Assembly: GCF_009914755.1 (NCBI RefSeq)
Contig: NC_060925.1
Reading direction: 5' to 3' (one strand)
Length of the DNA stretch: 64,000 nucleotides
Source of the DNA: the human T2T-CHM13v2.0 reference genome, Homo sapiens
In this document: piece after piece, positions 13,813 to 30,664 of the stretch
Numbering within the stretch: position 1 is the first letter of the stretch
Layout of the letters: every line of letters starts with the position of its first letter
Notes under the pieces: model-generated
Databases searched by the model: none
Told to the model about the DNA's origin: nothing
The model's input: the letters and a program-made list of their open reading frames with translations, nothing else
Translations under genes and position numbers: made by a program

Positions 13813-16471
13813 TAATACCCATCGTACCAAAAAATGGAGAAGAGAATACTTCCAAATTCATTTACAAGGCCAGTTTTACCCTGATATCAAAACCAGACTA
13901 AGACACATCAAACAGCAACAACAACAACAACAACAGAACTACATGCCACTATCACTGATAAACACTCATGCAGAAATCCTCAACAAAATACCAGCAAACT
14001 GAATTTAACAACACATTAAAAATAGTATTCATCATGATCAACTGGGATTTATTCCCAGATGCAAGGATGGTTCACCATATGCAAATCAATGTGATACATC
14101 ATATCAACAGAAAGAAGGACAAAAACCACATCATAATTTCAATTGATGCTGACAAAGATTTTGATAAAATTCAACATCCTTTCAGAATGAACCCCCTCAA
14201 AAAACTGTGTTTAGAAGGAATATACCTCAACATGAAAAAAATATGTACAACAGAGCCACAGCTAGTATCATAGTGAATGGGAAAAATCTGAAAGCCTTTC
14301 CTCTAAGATCTGGAAAACGACAGGGATGCCCACTTTCACCACTGTTATTTGACAAAGTACTGGAAGTACTAGCTAGAGCAATCAGACAAGAGGAAGAAAG
14401 AAAAGGCATTCAAATTAGAAAGGAAGAAGTCAAATTGTCCTTGTTTGCAGATGATATGATTTTATATTTGGAAAAACCTAAATACTTCCCTAAAAAACTA
14501 TTAGAACATATAAATTCAGTAAAGTTTCAGGATACAAAGTCAACATACAAAAATCAGTAGCAGTTCTATATGCCAACAGTGAACAATCTGAAAAAGATAT
14601 CAAGCAAGTAATCACATTATTACTAGCCACAAATAAACAGAAATACCTAGGAATTAACCAAAGAAGTGAAAGATCTCTGTAATGAAAACTATAAAACACT
14701 GCTTCAAAAAACTGAAGGGGACACCAAAAAATGGAAAGATATTCCATGTTAATGGATTGGAAGAATCAATATTAAAATGTCCATACAACCCAAAGCAATC
14801 TACAGACTCAGTGCAGTCCTTATAAAAATACCAATGACATTCTTCCCAGAAATAGAAAAAACAATCCTACAATGTATATGGAACCACAAAAGACCAAAGT
14901 TATCCTAAGCAAACAGAACAAAACTGGAAGAATCACATTACCTGAGCTAAAATTATACTACAGAGCTATAGTAACCAAACGGCATGGTACTTGCATAAAA
15001 AGACACACATAGACCAATGGAACAGAATAGAGAATGCAGAAACAAATTCACACCCCTACAGTGAACTCATTTCTGACAAAGGTCCCAAGAACATACACTG
15101 GGGAAAAGACAGTCTCTTCAATAAATGGTACTGGGAAAACTGAATATTAATATGCAGAAGGATGAAACTAGACCCCTGTCTCTCACTGTATACAAAAATC
15201 AAATTAAAATGGATTAAAGACTTAAATCTAAGACTTCAATCTATGAAACTCCTAAAAGAAAACACTGGGGAAACTCCTCAGGACATGAGACTGGGCAAAG
15301 ATTTCTTGAATAATATCCCACAAGCACAGGCAACTGAAGCAAAAATAGACAAATGGGATCACATCAAGTTGAAAAGCTTCTGCACAGCAAGAGAAATAAT
15401 CAACAAAGTGAAGAGCTAATCCATAGAATGGGAGAAAATATTTTCAAACTATCCATCTGACAAGAGATTAACAACCAGAATATATAAGGAGCTCAAACAA
15501 CTCAACAGGAAAAAATCTAATAATCTGATTTTAAAGCAGGCAAAAGATCTACATAGACATTTCTCAAAAGAATGCATGCAAATGGAAGCAGGTATATGAA
15601 AAAGCATTCAACATCATTGATTATTAGAGAAACACAAATTAAAACTACAAGATATCTCACCCCAGTTAAACTGGGTTTTATCCAAAATACAGGAAATAAT
15701 GAATGCTAGCAAGGATGTGGAGAAAAGGGAACCCTTGCACTGTTGATGGGCATGCAAATTAGTACAATCACTATGAAGAACAGTTTGGAGGTTCCTCAAA
15801 AAACTAAAAATGGAACTTCTATATGATCCAGCAATCCCATTGCTAGTTGTATACCCAAAAGAAAGGAAATAAGTATATTAAAGGAATATCTGCACTCTTA
15901 TGTTTATTGCAGCACTATTCACAATAGTCAGGATTTGTAAGCTACCTAAGTGTCCATGACCAGCTGAATGGGTAAAGAAAATGTGGAGTATTTATACACA
16001 GTGGAGTACTCTTCAGCCATGAAAAAGAATGAGATCTTGTCATTTGCAACAACATAGATGAACTGGAGGTCATTACATTAAAGTGAAAGGAGCCAGGCAT
16101 AGAAAGACAGACTTTACATGTTCTCACTTATCTGTGAGAACTAAAAATTAAAACAGTTGAACTCACGGAGATAGAGAGTAGAAAGATAGTTACCAGAGGC
16201 TGGGAAGGGTAGTGGTGGGGGTGCAGTGGGAAAGTGTGGATGGTTAATGGGTACAAAAATATAATTAGAATGAACAAAACCTATTGTTGGATTAAATAAC
16301 AGGGCGATTACAGTCAACAATAATTTATTGTACCTTTAAAAATAACTGAAAGAGTATAATTGGATAGTTTGTAACACAAAGGATAAATGCTTGAGATGAT
16401 TGATAGCCCATTTACACCAATGCCAGTGTGATCATTATACACTGTTTGCTTGCATCAAAATATCTCATACT

Positions 16472-16606
16472 GGCCAGGCAGGTTGGCTCATGCCTGTAAT
16501 TCTTGCACTTTGAGAAGCTGAGGTGGGAGGATCATTTGAGCCCAGCAATTTGAGACCAGCTTGGGCAACATAGTGAGACCCCATCTCTAAAACGAACAAA
16601 AACAAA
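16472..16606 (+). mobile_element. FLAM-like Alu monomer
   Basis: Left monomer only; flanked by tctcata on both sides. Confidence 0.8.
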
Positions 16607-17568
16607 TTAAGTCTCATATACACCATAAACATATACACCTACTATGTACCCCACACAACTTAAAAATTAAAAGTTAAAAAAACAGAGAAAGTTAATGAAG
16701 CCAGAAACTAGTTACTGGAGTTGATTAATAAAATATATAAATTTTTAGCCAGGCTCACACAAATAGAAGATACATAGTATCAATATCAAAAATAAGACAG
16801 GTAACATCACTTCAGATTGTGCACTTATTAAAAGGATATAGAATGTTATCAACAGTTATGCCAATAAATTTGGCAATTTCAAATGCACAAATTTCTTCAA
16901 AGACACAAACTACCAAAGCTTCCTTAAGAAGAAACTGATGACATGATTAGCCCTATATCTATTAAATAAATTTAACTGAAGTTTAAAAACTTTTCCACAA
17001 AGAAAATTTCAGATTATGACATTTTAATTCTTTTTTTCCCCTATGGAATATGCTAATTTTATTCTATGAGCAATGGGGACTTCATACATGTTTTAAAAAT
17101 AACTTTTTTTTTAAATTTCAAATGTGCATTACGGGGAATTGAAAAACACAAGAATCAAAGAACAAAATAATCCACAATAACAAGCATCTTACAGTTGGAT
17201 GTGTCCTTCTAGGTCCTGTGTTGTCTATATACAACATCCAATTTTATGTGGTTGAGATCATGCAGTATGTATCATGCCTTTTCACACATTATGAATATTT
17301 ACCAATTCAAAATCTCAAGTATTTTGATAACTGAGAATATACTACACCAACTCAATCTATATTAAAAAATATATAATCCTGCCTTTCTTGGGGACAAAAA
17401 TTTCACAGAAGCCCAAAATGGCAATAGGCGTCTAGATAAAGGTATCGGCAAAGTTAATAAAAATTACTGCATTCCCTTAATGCTCTATTTAAAATGAGAC
17501 ATAAAGCAAGAGTACACTAGTATGTTTCTAAGAGAATTCATTATCAGAACTATATTATTAGAATATTA

Positions 17569-17960
<392 letters not shown>

Positions 17961-18244
17961 CTATCATCAATATGTAAATATAAACACATCTACATACATC
18001 TCTCCCTTTAAACTTCTTTCTGTCCTTTTGCTGCCAACCTAATGAGCAAGTTCTGATATACACTACTCAGAGGTGGTTTAACAATTCCATGTTCAAGATG
18101 CATTTTTTTCTATCCATTTATAACAAATATATATTTAGAAACTGATTTAGCTTTACTTTTTATCATCACCCCAAGACACCTATAAAACTTAACTGTTACA
18201 AAATAAAGAATGGACACTGCTGATGGGAATGTAAATTTGTTTAA

Positions 18245-18936
18245 GACTCTTTCCTGTCTCAAGTGAAGGGAAGGAGTATTTCCTGGGGCTTGAGCTGTGC
18301 TAACTGGAGTTGGGGGAGGGGTGGCACAAACACTCCCTTGATTGCCCCAGCTGGTGTCTCACTGGGTCGTATGCCCCCCACATCCACTGGCTCCCAGCCC
18401 AGCACAGCACCAGGACTTGCCCAGGAATTGCAGTCCTTGTGGCCTAGACTGCTTTTCAAGTTTATTTAGGACCCCAGAGCACTTTAGCTTGTGTTGGTGA
18501 GGCTTGCTGAAACTCAGGTTCCAACCACTGGAATGGGTGATTCCCCTCTGGCTAAGGCTGGTCTAGATGCTCCCTTGTTGGGTGCCAGCTGAGTTCTGCC
18601 CAGTGTTGTTTTCCACTGTGATAGGGCTGTACTGAGTACCAATGCAAAGTCCCAAAATCACTGCGCTCTTACTCCCCAAAATGCACAGATTCTCTCTCTG
18701 CGCTATATAACCTACTGCTGGGGGATATGGAAGCAGTGGCATCTGCAATTCAAGACTGTTTTTCTTACCCTCTTCAGTGCCTCTTTCAGTGATATGAAGT
18801 TAAAACCAGGTACTGTGACTGCTGACCTGATTTTTGGTTTTTATGGTGCTTTTTATGTGGATAATTGTTAAATTTAGTGTGCAGAGGGGCTGATTGGTAG
18901 AGGCTTCTATTCAACCATCTTGCTCCACTTCCTCCC
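18245..18936 (-). mobile_element. L1MA-type 5'UTR fragment
   Basis: Its reverse complement aligns by eye with 8503-8825 (caagatgg...gaagcctc, ttaacttcata...ctgaaagaggcactgaagaggg). Confidence 0.75.
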
Positions 18937-18960
18937 ATTATGTTGTATATATCTTCAACA

Positions 18961-18961
<1 letters not shown>

Positions 18962-18993
<32 letters not shown>
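18962..18993. repeat. (CA)n microsatellite
   Basis: About 15-16 AC units. Confidence 0.95.
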
Positions 18994-18995
<2 letters not shown>

Positions 18996-19742
18996 CAACA
19001 ATCTAGAAATAGAAGACTAATTCCCTTAATATGATAAAAGGCATCTATGAAGAACCTACAGTTGACACCATACTTAATGGTGAAAAACTGAATGGTTTCA
19101 TGCAAAGATTAGAAACAAGGTAAGGATGTCCACTCTCACCATTTCTTTTCAACATTTAATGGAGATGTTAGCCAGTGCAATAAGGTAAAAAAAAAAAAAA
19201 AGGATAAAAGGCCTCCAGATTTGAAAAGAAGTAATAATACTTGTTATTTGCAGATGAAAATCCCAATCAAAATCACAGCAGGATTTTTTGTAGAAATTCA
19301 TAAGCGAATGAATTTTAGATTCATGCTGACACTTAAAAGACCTAGAAAGCCAAAACAGCTTTGAAAACAAAAACAGAATTGGAAGACTCAATATCTGAAT
19401 TCAAGATGAGTATCCAGAAATAGACCCACACATATGTGGTCAATTGATTTTCAAGAAAGTTCTAAAGGTGATTCAGTAGAAAAAAAGACATCTTTTAATA
19501 AACTGTGCTGGTACAATTCAATATCCATGTGGGAAAGAAAACTCAATCCATACCTCACATCATAAACATTAACTAAAAAATGTATCCTATATCTAAATGT
19601 AAAATCTAAATGTAAAATCTAAAGCTTTCAAGTTTTAAATATAAAATTTAAAACTTCTAGAAGAAAACAAAGGAGAAAAATCTTTGTGATTTTGGATTAG
19701 GCAAAGATTTATTTGATGTAACACCAAAATTATGATCCATAA

Positions 19743-20101
<359 letters not shown>

Positions 20102-20206
20102 TAAGACATTGTTAAATAGAATGAAAAAAACAAGCCATAGACTGGAATATTGACAAATCACATATTTGAAGAAGACTTGTAATCTTAATATATAAAGAAC
20201 TCTTAA

Positions 20207-20615
<409 letters not shown>

Positions 20616-21299
20616 TGAATACATTGAGCTCCTTTGTAAAAGTTTTAAAAAGGTAATTAAACAATTCCATGTGGATTAAAAATCTAAATGTGAATGGCAA
20701 AATTATAAAACCTTCAGAAGATATTTGCAAGAGAATATTCTTATGATTTCAGGGTAGGAAAGGATTTTTAAACAAGACACAAAATGAATAAACTATGAAG
20801 GAAAAGATCAAACATTTAAATTAAGAACCTCTGATCTACAAAAGATACCAGTGGAAAACAAATGCCATAGACAAGAAAAAGATATAACCACCAAAGAATA
20901 CAAACCAAGAACAATGAACTACTATAAATCAGTTTTTTAAAAGGAAAATGTATGTCCACTTTGGAAAATAATTTGGCCTTACAGTACAGTAAGTATGCAC
21001 CTACTCTATAGCTAATACTAGATACATACCCTAAAAAATTATTTCACATGTACTTCAGGAGACATTCATTTTACTTCCAAGCTCCTTTGGGTTGTTGTTA
21101 GAATTCAGTTCCTTATGGTAGTAGGACTGAGGTTTCTGTTTCCTTGTTATGTGTTCCCCTCCATCTTCAAGCAAGCAACAGTGTCAGGTCCTCCTGATGC
21201 TACAAAGTGACTTTATCTTTTGCCTTTTATTCTGCAGCATCTATAGAACATTCTCTACTTTTAAGACCTCATATGATTAGATTAGCTCCACCCCTGCCC

Positions 21300-21567
21300 T
21301 TTTTCTTAGGCAGGGTCTCACTCTGTTGCCCAGGCTGGAGTGCAGTGGCATGATCATGGCTCACTGCAGCCTTCTCCCACCTCAGCCCCCCGAGTAGCTG
21401 GGACTACAGGTGCGCACCACCATAACTGGCTAATTTTTTAATTTTTTGTAGAGACAGGGTTTCGCCATGTTGCCCAGGCTGGTCTCAAACTCCTGAGCTC
21501 AAGCAATTCTCCCTCCTCAGCCTCCCAAAGTACTGGGATTACAGGCATGTGCCACCACACCTGGCCG
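21300..21567 (-). mobile_element. AluJ-like within an MLT1-like relic (about 21070-22025)
   Basis: Diverged dimer with a small internal deletion. Confidence 0.82.
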
Positions 21568-21687
21568 GGCCCTTTCTTAAGATGAACTAATTAGTAACCT
21601 TAATTGCAAATGAAAAGTCTCTTTATGGCAATACTTAGAATAGCGTTTGATTGAATAACCAAGGGACAGGAATCTTGGCAGGACATC

Positions 21688-21997
21688 TTTATTTTATTTA
21701 TTTATTTATTTATTTTTAATATTTTTCTGAGGCAGGATCTTGCTCTGTTGCCCAGGCTGGAGTGCAGTGGCCTGAAGTTGGCTCAGTGTAGCCTTGAACT
21801 CCTGGGCTCAGGCAAGCCTCTGGGATAGCTGGGACTACAGGCATACGCCACTATGCCTGGCTAATTTTGTTTATTTTTTGTAGAGACAGGGTCTCGCTGT
21901 GTTGCCTAGGCTGGTCTTGAACTCCTGGGCTCAAGTGATCTTCCTACCTCAACCTCCCAAAGTGCTCGGATTACAGGCATGAGCTGCTGCCCTGGCC
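21688..21997 (-). mobile_element. AluJ-like
   Basis: TSD cttggcaggacatcttt. Confidence 0.88.
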
Positions 21998-22121
21998 TTG
22001 GCAGGACATCTTTAGAATTCTACTTATCGTAGTTATTATTCATGTCAACAAAGGTTTCAGTAATTGAGGACTTACTATTTTGATGACATCGTGCTGGTAG
22101 CTGAAGATTTAAAATATGTAG

Positions 22122-22494
<373 letters not shown>

Positions 22495-23350
22495 TGTGGT
22501 TCTGTGTAGGATTTGTTTTAAAATACTTTTCTAATTATTTCATCTGGGTTTAGCCAATTCTTCAAAATTATTCTGTTCAGTTGTTTTTTTTAATAAACCC
22601 CGCATATTGTCTGGATTTATTAATATTTATGTACCTGTACTGACAAACCATAGATTAACAGTTTTTCAAAAATCCCGTTTCAATAAGTCTGGGGTGGGGC
22701 ATGAAAACCTATAAAACAAAATTTACCCAACTGAGATTTAAGACTTGAGATAAATCTCTCTTGATGCCAATAGTATTATTGCAATGCAGGCATTTCAGTA
22801 AGCTCCTATACAATATGCCAATTTTCTCATCTTTAAGTGGACTAAAGAGAAATGTTCTACAACAGTAGAAGCATTTTAACGTGATAACCAAATCAGCTAA
22901 GTGTTTAGTGATTTAAATGTATTTCTCAATAATATTTTCATAGTCTGACCATAATTCCATTCACTTTATTGTGTTTGGATATCCTCTTATATTGTGATTC
23001 ATTTGAGAAGTTAATAGGCTCAACATTTTACAATAGTCAGTCTGTTGAGAGTAGTTAGAAAGACAGAAGGCTTTTGGTTCAAGTCATTTTTCTTTAAATA
23101 GCTCAATAAGCCACCTCCTCATGTTGAAATAAAAGCAGTTTAAACTCTGTTTAATACAGATTAAATTCTGGTCTAGAAAAGACAGAGACAGAGAGTATGT
23201 GTGTGTATAAAAGGAGCCAGGCAAACATATTTGTTACATCTAAACTTTAGTAAAATAAAAGAATTTTGACAAGCTTTTAGGATTCATTTTGGCCTATATT
23301 ATATCAGTATATTTATTTGCTTTCTGAGAGAAACTTTGCTTGTTTTCAAA

Positions 23351-23834
23351 TGTGAGGGAGATCAGAGGAAGCCTCCCCAAAATATGTCACTTTGGCATAA
23401 TGATTACTTTGAGCTGAAGGCAACTGAGGAACAGAAGATGCAGAAAAAGTTCTAAAAGCAGAGTATAAATTTCTATTTTTGTAAAGGCAATTTCTATTTA
23501 TAAAGGTATCCTCCTCTCTGGTACCAGAAAGAGGATACCAACTCTGGAGACAACTCTCATCACCTGAGATGACTTAAATCTGAGTAAGTCTCCTTCCCAC
23601 ACAACCTATCCCTCACCTCAAGTTCAAAATCCCTTTGTCCATACTTTGTTAAAATGATATGTAAGCCTCTGGGTCTACTGGCCTTTGGAGGCTTTCACAA
23701 CTTTTCTATGAAGCTCCAATAGGCTCATGTAATAAACTTTTCACTTTTGTTAATCTGTCTTTTGCTAGTTTAATTTGTACGGCCCCAGGTACTGAACCTA
23801 AGAGGATAGGGAAAAGTTTTTTTCCTCCTCTACA
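23351..23834 (+). mobile_element. MER34-like ERV1 solo LTR
   Basis: TG...CA termini; ccccaaaatatg...ctttggcataa...ttgagctgaaggcaa start motif; aataaa; ends ttcctcctctaca. Confidence 0.72.
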
Positions 23835-24750
23835 AGTGGTAGTTATTTTAACCTGTTGAATTCATTGCAAAACGGCTGGCTTTTTTTTCTGCAGTCTACT
23901 TGACTTTTCTGCCCCATTTAACACTGTAGACTACCATGCCTTGATGCTCTCTCTTCTGTGATCTTCTCAAATGCCATTTTCCCGTCACTCCGATAATTCT
24001 TATTTTGGGCTTTCTCGCTGCCTTTAGATGTTGCACTGCTTTCCTTGGACCTCTTCCTTTTTCTCCAGTGTGCTTCCTTGATGGCCTTATCTATTCTCAT
24101 AGCTTCATTTATTAATTCCCAAATCTGTTTCTCAAATGCCAATCTTAACCTTGAATTCCAAATTTGTATTTGTACAAATACAAATGATCTTATATTCCTG
24201 TTCTTAGTTAATGGTGTCATCATCCACCCATTTTCCCAAGCCGGAGATCTCAGAGTTATTCTTAATTCCTCCCCCTCTCACTCCTTTCATATTCAGTTAC
24301 TAATCTTGAAATTCTCTTTCAGAAATATCTTTGGTCTAACCCATCTTTTCCATCCTATGTGCCAATGCTCTAGGTTAGGTTTGCATCCTCTCTCCCTTGG
24401 ACTAACAAAACAGCCAGCTAACTTTTTACTTGCCCTGATCTAGTCCATTCTTTACAGTACCAGAAGTGCAACAGTGAAAGGATCTTGTCAATACCACAGC
24501 TTGCTTTTGGCTATTGAATAATGCCTTAGGCTAGCAAACAACTCACAACATGGTTAGTTATCTCATGATCAGTTTGGATTATTGTCGCTATATCAAACAT
24601 ACTACTCTTTCCTGATCACTAAAAACAATGTAAAAAAAGAAGAAAAGAGACTTTATCTTAGGAATGTAAGCCCTTTTAAATTATCAGGCCCAAACAGGCA
24701 TTAGAATGAAACAGCAGTTACTTCACTTCACTTCCCCTTGGGCTAAATAA

Positions 24751-25088
<338 letters not shown>

Positions 25089-25254
25089 AAATAATTGTCT
25101 CTTGATGCCACCTGCTACGTGGGCCCGAGGCTGACACCAAGAAGCCATGAAATGCTACAGCTGGACACCAGAACTCATATCGTATCGTTCAACAATGTAC
25201 AGTCAAACACTTAATGTTATCTCTGTAAACCAATGAGAATTCCTGTCAAACAAC

Positions 25255-25538
<284 letters not shown>

Positions 25539-25693
25539 TGTCAAACAACTTTCTATCAGCCCACTCCTGATAATTTTTAATTATCTTTTTTTCCTTTGAA
25601 AGCTTGCTTGTAACTGAGGCTGACGGAGCTCATATCCAAGGTAACTGGGTCTGAGTCTTTAGAACAACTGTCCTTATCTTGGCTCAAGTAAAC

Positions 25694-25801
25694 TTTTTTT
25701 TTTTGTCCTGAGATGGGGTCTTGCTATGTTGCCCAGGCTGGCCTTGAACTTCTGGGTTCAAGCAATCCTCTGCCTCAGCCTCCTGAGTAGCTGTGCCCAG
25801 C
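25694..25801 (-). mobile_element. Alu monomer (FLAM-like)
   Basis: TSD aagtaaact. Confidence 0.8.
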
Positions 25802-26382
25802 TTAAGTAAACTCTTTAAATCATATTTTGTGCCTTAGCATCTACCTTTAGGTCGACAATGGTAAAGAATAAAAGCGAAGATTTTTAACACTGGATTAAGT
25901 AGGAAATTCACAAAACATAATATCAAGCTCTGCAAAGAGCTATCTTAGCATAAATAAAAGGATGGTCTTTACGTATAAACTGTAAGAAAAGGACTCCTAG
26001 TTGAATAATATTTTTCCAAGTACATTCATTAATATGTAAATATCAATTAATAGCATCATATAGATTCATTTGCAGAGTTAAATTCCCATGTGGAAATTCT
26101 GTAGAGTTGAATGAAGACAATGACAAATGGGTAGAAAAAACTTCCCTTGAATGGACTTCTTGCTATTCTCTCGCTGCCATTTCATTTTGTCAACGATGTA
26201 GCTCATTTTCAATAATTAAAGTATGTTACACCCAAATAATCTATCTTCCCCTATTTCTACACTTCTAACTTAGCTTTGCTGCCAAAGCACACTGAAAAAA
26301 AGCCGTATGTCAGGACATATAACTTGAGTATTGGGATTTTTGTTCTAAAGGTCTTTTCCTCAAAATGCAATTAGGATCCACA

Positions 26383-26417
26383 TGCAGGAAATCTAAACAG
26401 CCACTAGAGGGTGCCAG
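26383..26417 (+). promoter_or_regulatory. Candidate CTCF site with upstream motif
   Basis: Core CAGCCACTAGAGGGTGCCAG (26398-26417), plus TGCAG at 26383-26387 ending 10 nt before the core. Confidence 0.6.
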
Positions 26418-27477
26418 TCACATAATGACTGAGTAATACCTCCTTCCCCTTTGAGCTATTTCTAAATCTGAAAAGCCAACTGTTCTTGGTAAAGCCTTAG
26501 TAAATATGTTTATATTATTTCTCACTTGTGATTTGTAGTGATGTATAAACATGAGACCAGAGATAGCTATGGCCACAATTATTTCACCCTGACGTAAAAA
26601 TGACTTCTGTGGTCTTCATTACAGGACAAAATGACCAGTCTTTCCTGCCCCTCTGTCATTTTTTTTCTCAGTTGCATAGTTTATCCCATTCTTTTATTGC
26701 TCAACTGAATGTCTGTAGGTATACTGACTGACTTTAAAGTGGTCAGATTTATCTTTCCTCCCTTTCTCTGTTTCTGTTTTTCAACCTTTGTTCTTTTTCC
26801 CTTATATATTCCCCAGCATTTTTTCTTCTTTATATTCCTTTCTTCAAACATTTTATTCCCAAAAGCAATGTTACAAGAAATAAGAAGGCCATGCTATACA
26901 GAACTCTAAGAGTAAGAAAAGCCTAACTTAGGAATTAGATGGAGATAGAATCTGCCTACTTAGTATAACACACCTTTGGGGCTGGTCTTCCACAGCAGGC
27001 CCTGAATGAACGTAGACTTCATCAGCAGGACAGAAATGAAATCTCTCAGAGCCCTCCTAGAGGAGGAAAGGGATAAACATGGGTGATTCTAAGGTATCTG
27101 GGAATGTAGTTCACTATAATGCACAGTGTTAGGCAAAAGGACAAAAATCTATTACTACTATAGAGAAAAGGTCAAAAGAGCCTATAAACTCAAACAAATA
27201 TAAAAATTGCCATGCTAGTGAGACCCAAAATCATTTAGGTTTTTATTCTTGAAACAATGTTACAAAGAAAGTTTTGTGGAAATGTTTGGTTGCATATTGT
27301 GACTCCCTTAAAATGTCCCTAAAGCATCTGTTTGTCTTTATAATCAATCCACTTTGGCTTTTCATCCCTGAAGTATTTAAATTCTTTTGGAGACTTTTCT
27401 ATTTCAGCCTGTAAATCCTTTGGAGATTAGAAGCTCCATGTGATTATAGTCATTTATTTATTCAAAAAAGCATTACT

Positions 27478-27770
27478 GGCCCATGTGGTGGCTCACACCT
27501 GTAATCCTAATACATTGGGAGATACACGAGGATTGCTTGAGCCCAGGAGTTTGATACCAGCCTGGGCAACATAGTGAGACCCCGTCTCTACAAAAAATAA
27601 AATTAGCTGGGTATGGTAGCACACGCCTATAGTCCCAGCTACTTGAGAGGCTGGGGTAGATCACTTAAGCCCAGGAGGTTGAAGCTGCAGTAAACTGTGA
27701 TCACACCACTGTACTCCTGCCTGGGTGACAGAGCAAGACCCTGTTTCAAAAACAAACAAAAAACCGAAAA
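27478..27770 (+). mobile_element. AluJ-like
   Basis: TSD aaaaagcatta. Confidence 0.88.
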
Positions 27771-28199
27771 AGCATTATTGTGCACTTAATTTTGTGCCAG
27801 GCACTATTTAATGCATGTCCTGAGAATATTAAGATGAAAAGACAGCATCTCCTTACTCTTGAAAAAATCAGCCTAATGAGAAAGGTGCTCTTGTAAATAA
27901 AGTGTAAAGAGGTCATCTTGTCTTAAATTACCTTTTGCAAGTATGCCTCCTTCCTCGAGTATTCTGGAATTTATTGAGTAAATTCAAGTAGATGCTAAAA
28001 CATTTATAAACCAAGATATTCTACAAATACGTTATTCTTGTATTAAGATGTAAGTTTTAAGTGTGTATCATTGTTCTTTCTTTTCTGATTCTGACTTTCA
28101 GTCATTCTTCAAAACTGTTTTTCAGTGCCTCCTATGTGCCAGGCACTGTGGTAGGATGCTGGGATACAAATATGAATATGACATTATCTCTGACTCTCC

Positions 28200-29832
28200 A
28201 AGTTATTTATTTCACATCTCCCCTCTCCTCAAACCTCCAACACTTCATCTTTCCTCACTCTCAACTGGTGATCTCAATTTACACTTCACTGAAAGAACAG
28301 AAGCCTCAGGCAGTAATTATATCTTCCCACCATCGAATCTACCAACCTACCTGAATCTGAATACATGTTCTCCCTCCTTTCACAATGAGGTTGTCCTTTC
28401 CAGGGCTCTGGATCCCATGCCCTCCTGCCTATTTGAGGATTTCACTCCTGCCATTATGTGTCCTCTTTTCTGCATCATGCCTTAGTATTGTCTTGCTTGA
28501 CTAAACTCTCTCTAGACTCTCCATCCTTGCTGGCTTCTGCCCTCTATCTCAGCATGCCTTCACAGTAAAGCTTATCAAGAGTTGCCTATACTTGCTCTCT
28601 CTACTTTCTAACTTCTCTTTCTCTGTTCAACCCACTCCAATTATATGTTCATTGCATCTGCTGAAATAATATTTACCAGATCTGTCACCAGTGACTTTGA
28701 CCTTGCCAAAGATTATGTCAATTTTCAGTCCTCTCCTATCTGACCACTCTAAATTTGGCAGAGGTGACCATTTCCTCCTATTTAAAATCCATTCTGTAGT
28801 TGGCTTCTGCAACCATATGCTCTCAATTTTCCTCCTATTTCACTGGTGTTTCTTCTTGGTTACTTCTTCCTCTACTCAACCCCCCTAATCTCCTTGAATA
28901 TTTAATTGCCTTCTCACATCTCCACTTGTATTTCTTAAGGCATCTCAAATGTAACAAGACTGAGAAAAATTATTGGTCTTTCCAGAATTTCCTTTTCTCC
29001 AGAATTTCTTCCAGAATTTCTCCTTTTCCAGTTTTGTACATCTTGAATAAAGCATCCCCACTCACCTAGTACTTCCTCTCACCACCTTCAAACCAATCCA
29101 TCAGCAAGTCTTTTCAGCCCCATATGTAAAAAAGAACTTGAATCAAACCTCTTCTCACCACTGTGACAGCTACCACCCTAGTCCAAGTCATCATGTCTTG
29201 CTTGGATGACTGCAGTGGCCATCTAATTATTTTCCAGGTTTATCTTCTTGCCCACTATTAGAGAAGCCAGAGAGCCTTCTAAAAACAAAACCACATCTCT
29301 GCCCTACTTAACACCCTATGATAATTTTCCATCGCTCTTAGAAAAAAACTGAAGCTCTTTTCCAAAGCCTCTAAGACCTGCATAGCTTTCCTACCACTCT
29401 CCCCTTGTTCACTGCACCCTGGCCACATAGGCCTGCTTTACAGCCCTCTCATTTAATGTCAAATGCATTTCTGTCTCAGGCTTTTGCTCTTATTGTTTCC
29501 TATGGCTGGAACTCTTCCCATGGCTGGCTCCTTCTCTTTGTTCACTTCCCAGAGCTGTCAGTACAAATTGTCTCCTCAGATCCCTTCACCATTCTATCTA
29601 AAATATTCCAGCCACCTATCTCTCACCTGCAAAGTCATTCTGAGCCCCATTACCCTGTTTTATTTCTTCATAACACTTAACATAATCTGAAAGTATCCAC
29701 TTTTTTTTTTTGTCTCTCTTCTCATTAAATGTAATGAAAGGGCAGGGATCTCATGTGTTTTACTCACCCTTGCATCTCTACTCCAGTGTCTGGCACATAG
29801 AGATGTTTGAAAACAGTGATTAAATGAGTGAA
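28200..29832 (+). mobile_element. L2 relic (3' portion)
   Basis: Contains ctccacttg...catctcaaa and ccaccctagtccaag, and ends ccagtgtctggcacatag...aaatgagtgaa. Confidence 0.7.
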
Positions 29833-30043
29833 AAGTCTAGTCAATGAGTGAAAGAACAGGAAGATGTGAAAGCCAGCAGGTAACAACCCTCGGTGTGATA
29901 TGAACAGTGACAGAGATAACCAACCAAGGAAACAGTCCATGAAGATAAGTAGCTATGAAATTGCTGGATACTTTTTATATACACCTGACCTAAAATTACA
30001 TTTTTCTCATTCAGATCTTGAATATTTGAAGATATTAAGTACC

Positions 30044-30343
30044 TTTTCTTTTCTTTCTTTGTTTTTTTGAGACAGGGTCTCATTCTGTCACCCAGGCTGG
30101 AGTGCAGTGGCACCATCTTGGCTCACTACAACCTCCGCTTCCTGGGCTCAAGTAGTCCTCCCATCTCAGTCTCCCAAGTAAATGGGACTACAGGCACACA
30201 CCACCACGCTTGGTGTATTTTTTGTATAGATGGAGTTTTGCCATTTTGCCTATGTTGGTCTCAAACTCCTGAGCTTATTTGAGCTGCCCACCTCGGCTTC
30301 CCAAACTGTTGGAATTACAGGCATGAGCCACTGCGCCCAGCCC
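30044..30343 (-). mobile_element. AluJ-like
   Basis: TSD ttaagtaccttt. Confidence 0.88.
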
Positions 30344-30664
30344 TTAAGTACCTTTCATAGAAGAAAGCTCATTTTTTTATTCCTTTCCATTTCCTAGCTC
30401 CATGTATTTCTCCCAAATTAAAGCCCATATCTCATTTCTCACCTCCTTTTCATGTACAAAATGTTCTTCCCAAAAACAATAGCAAATAAATAGTTAGAAT
30501 TAACTGTATCTTTGAAATGCTATAGTTAAATGATTATTTGACTGTGCTAATGGCAGGACAATTGCTTTTATAGCTTCTGTGAAATTCTCTGATATTTACT
30601 TCAAAATTAATAGGTGTATTTTAGGTAAATTAACAAAGAGTGTTATATTAAGATTTTTACATCT

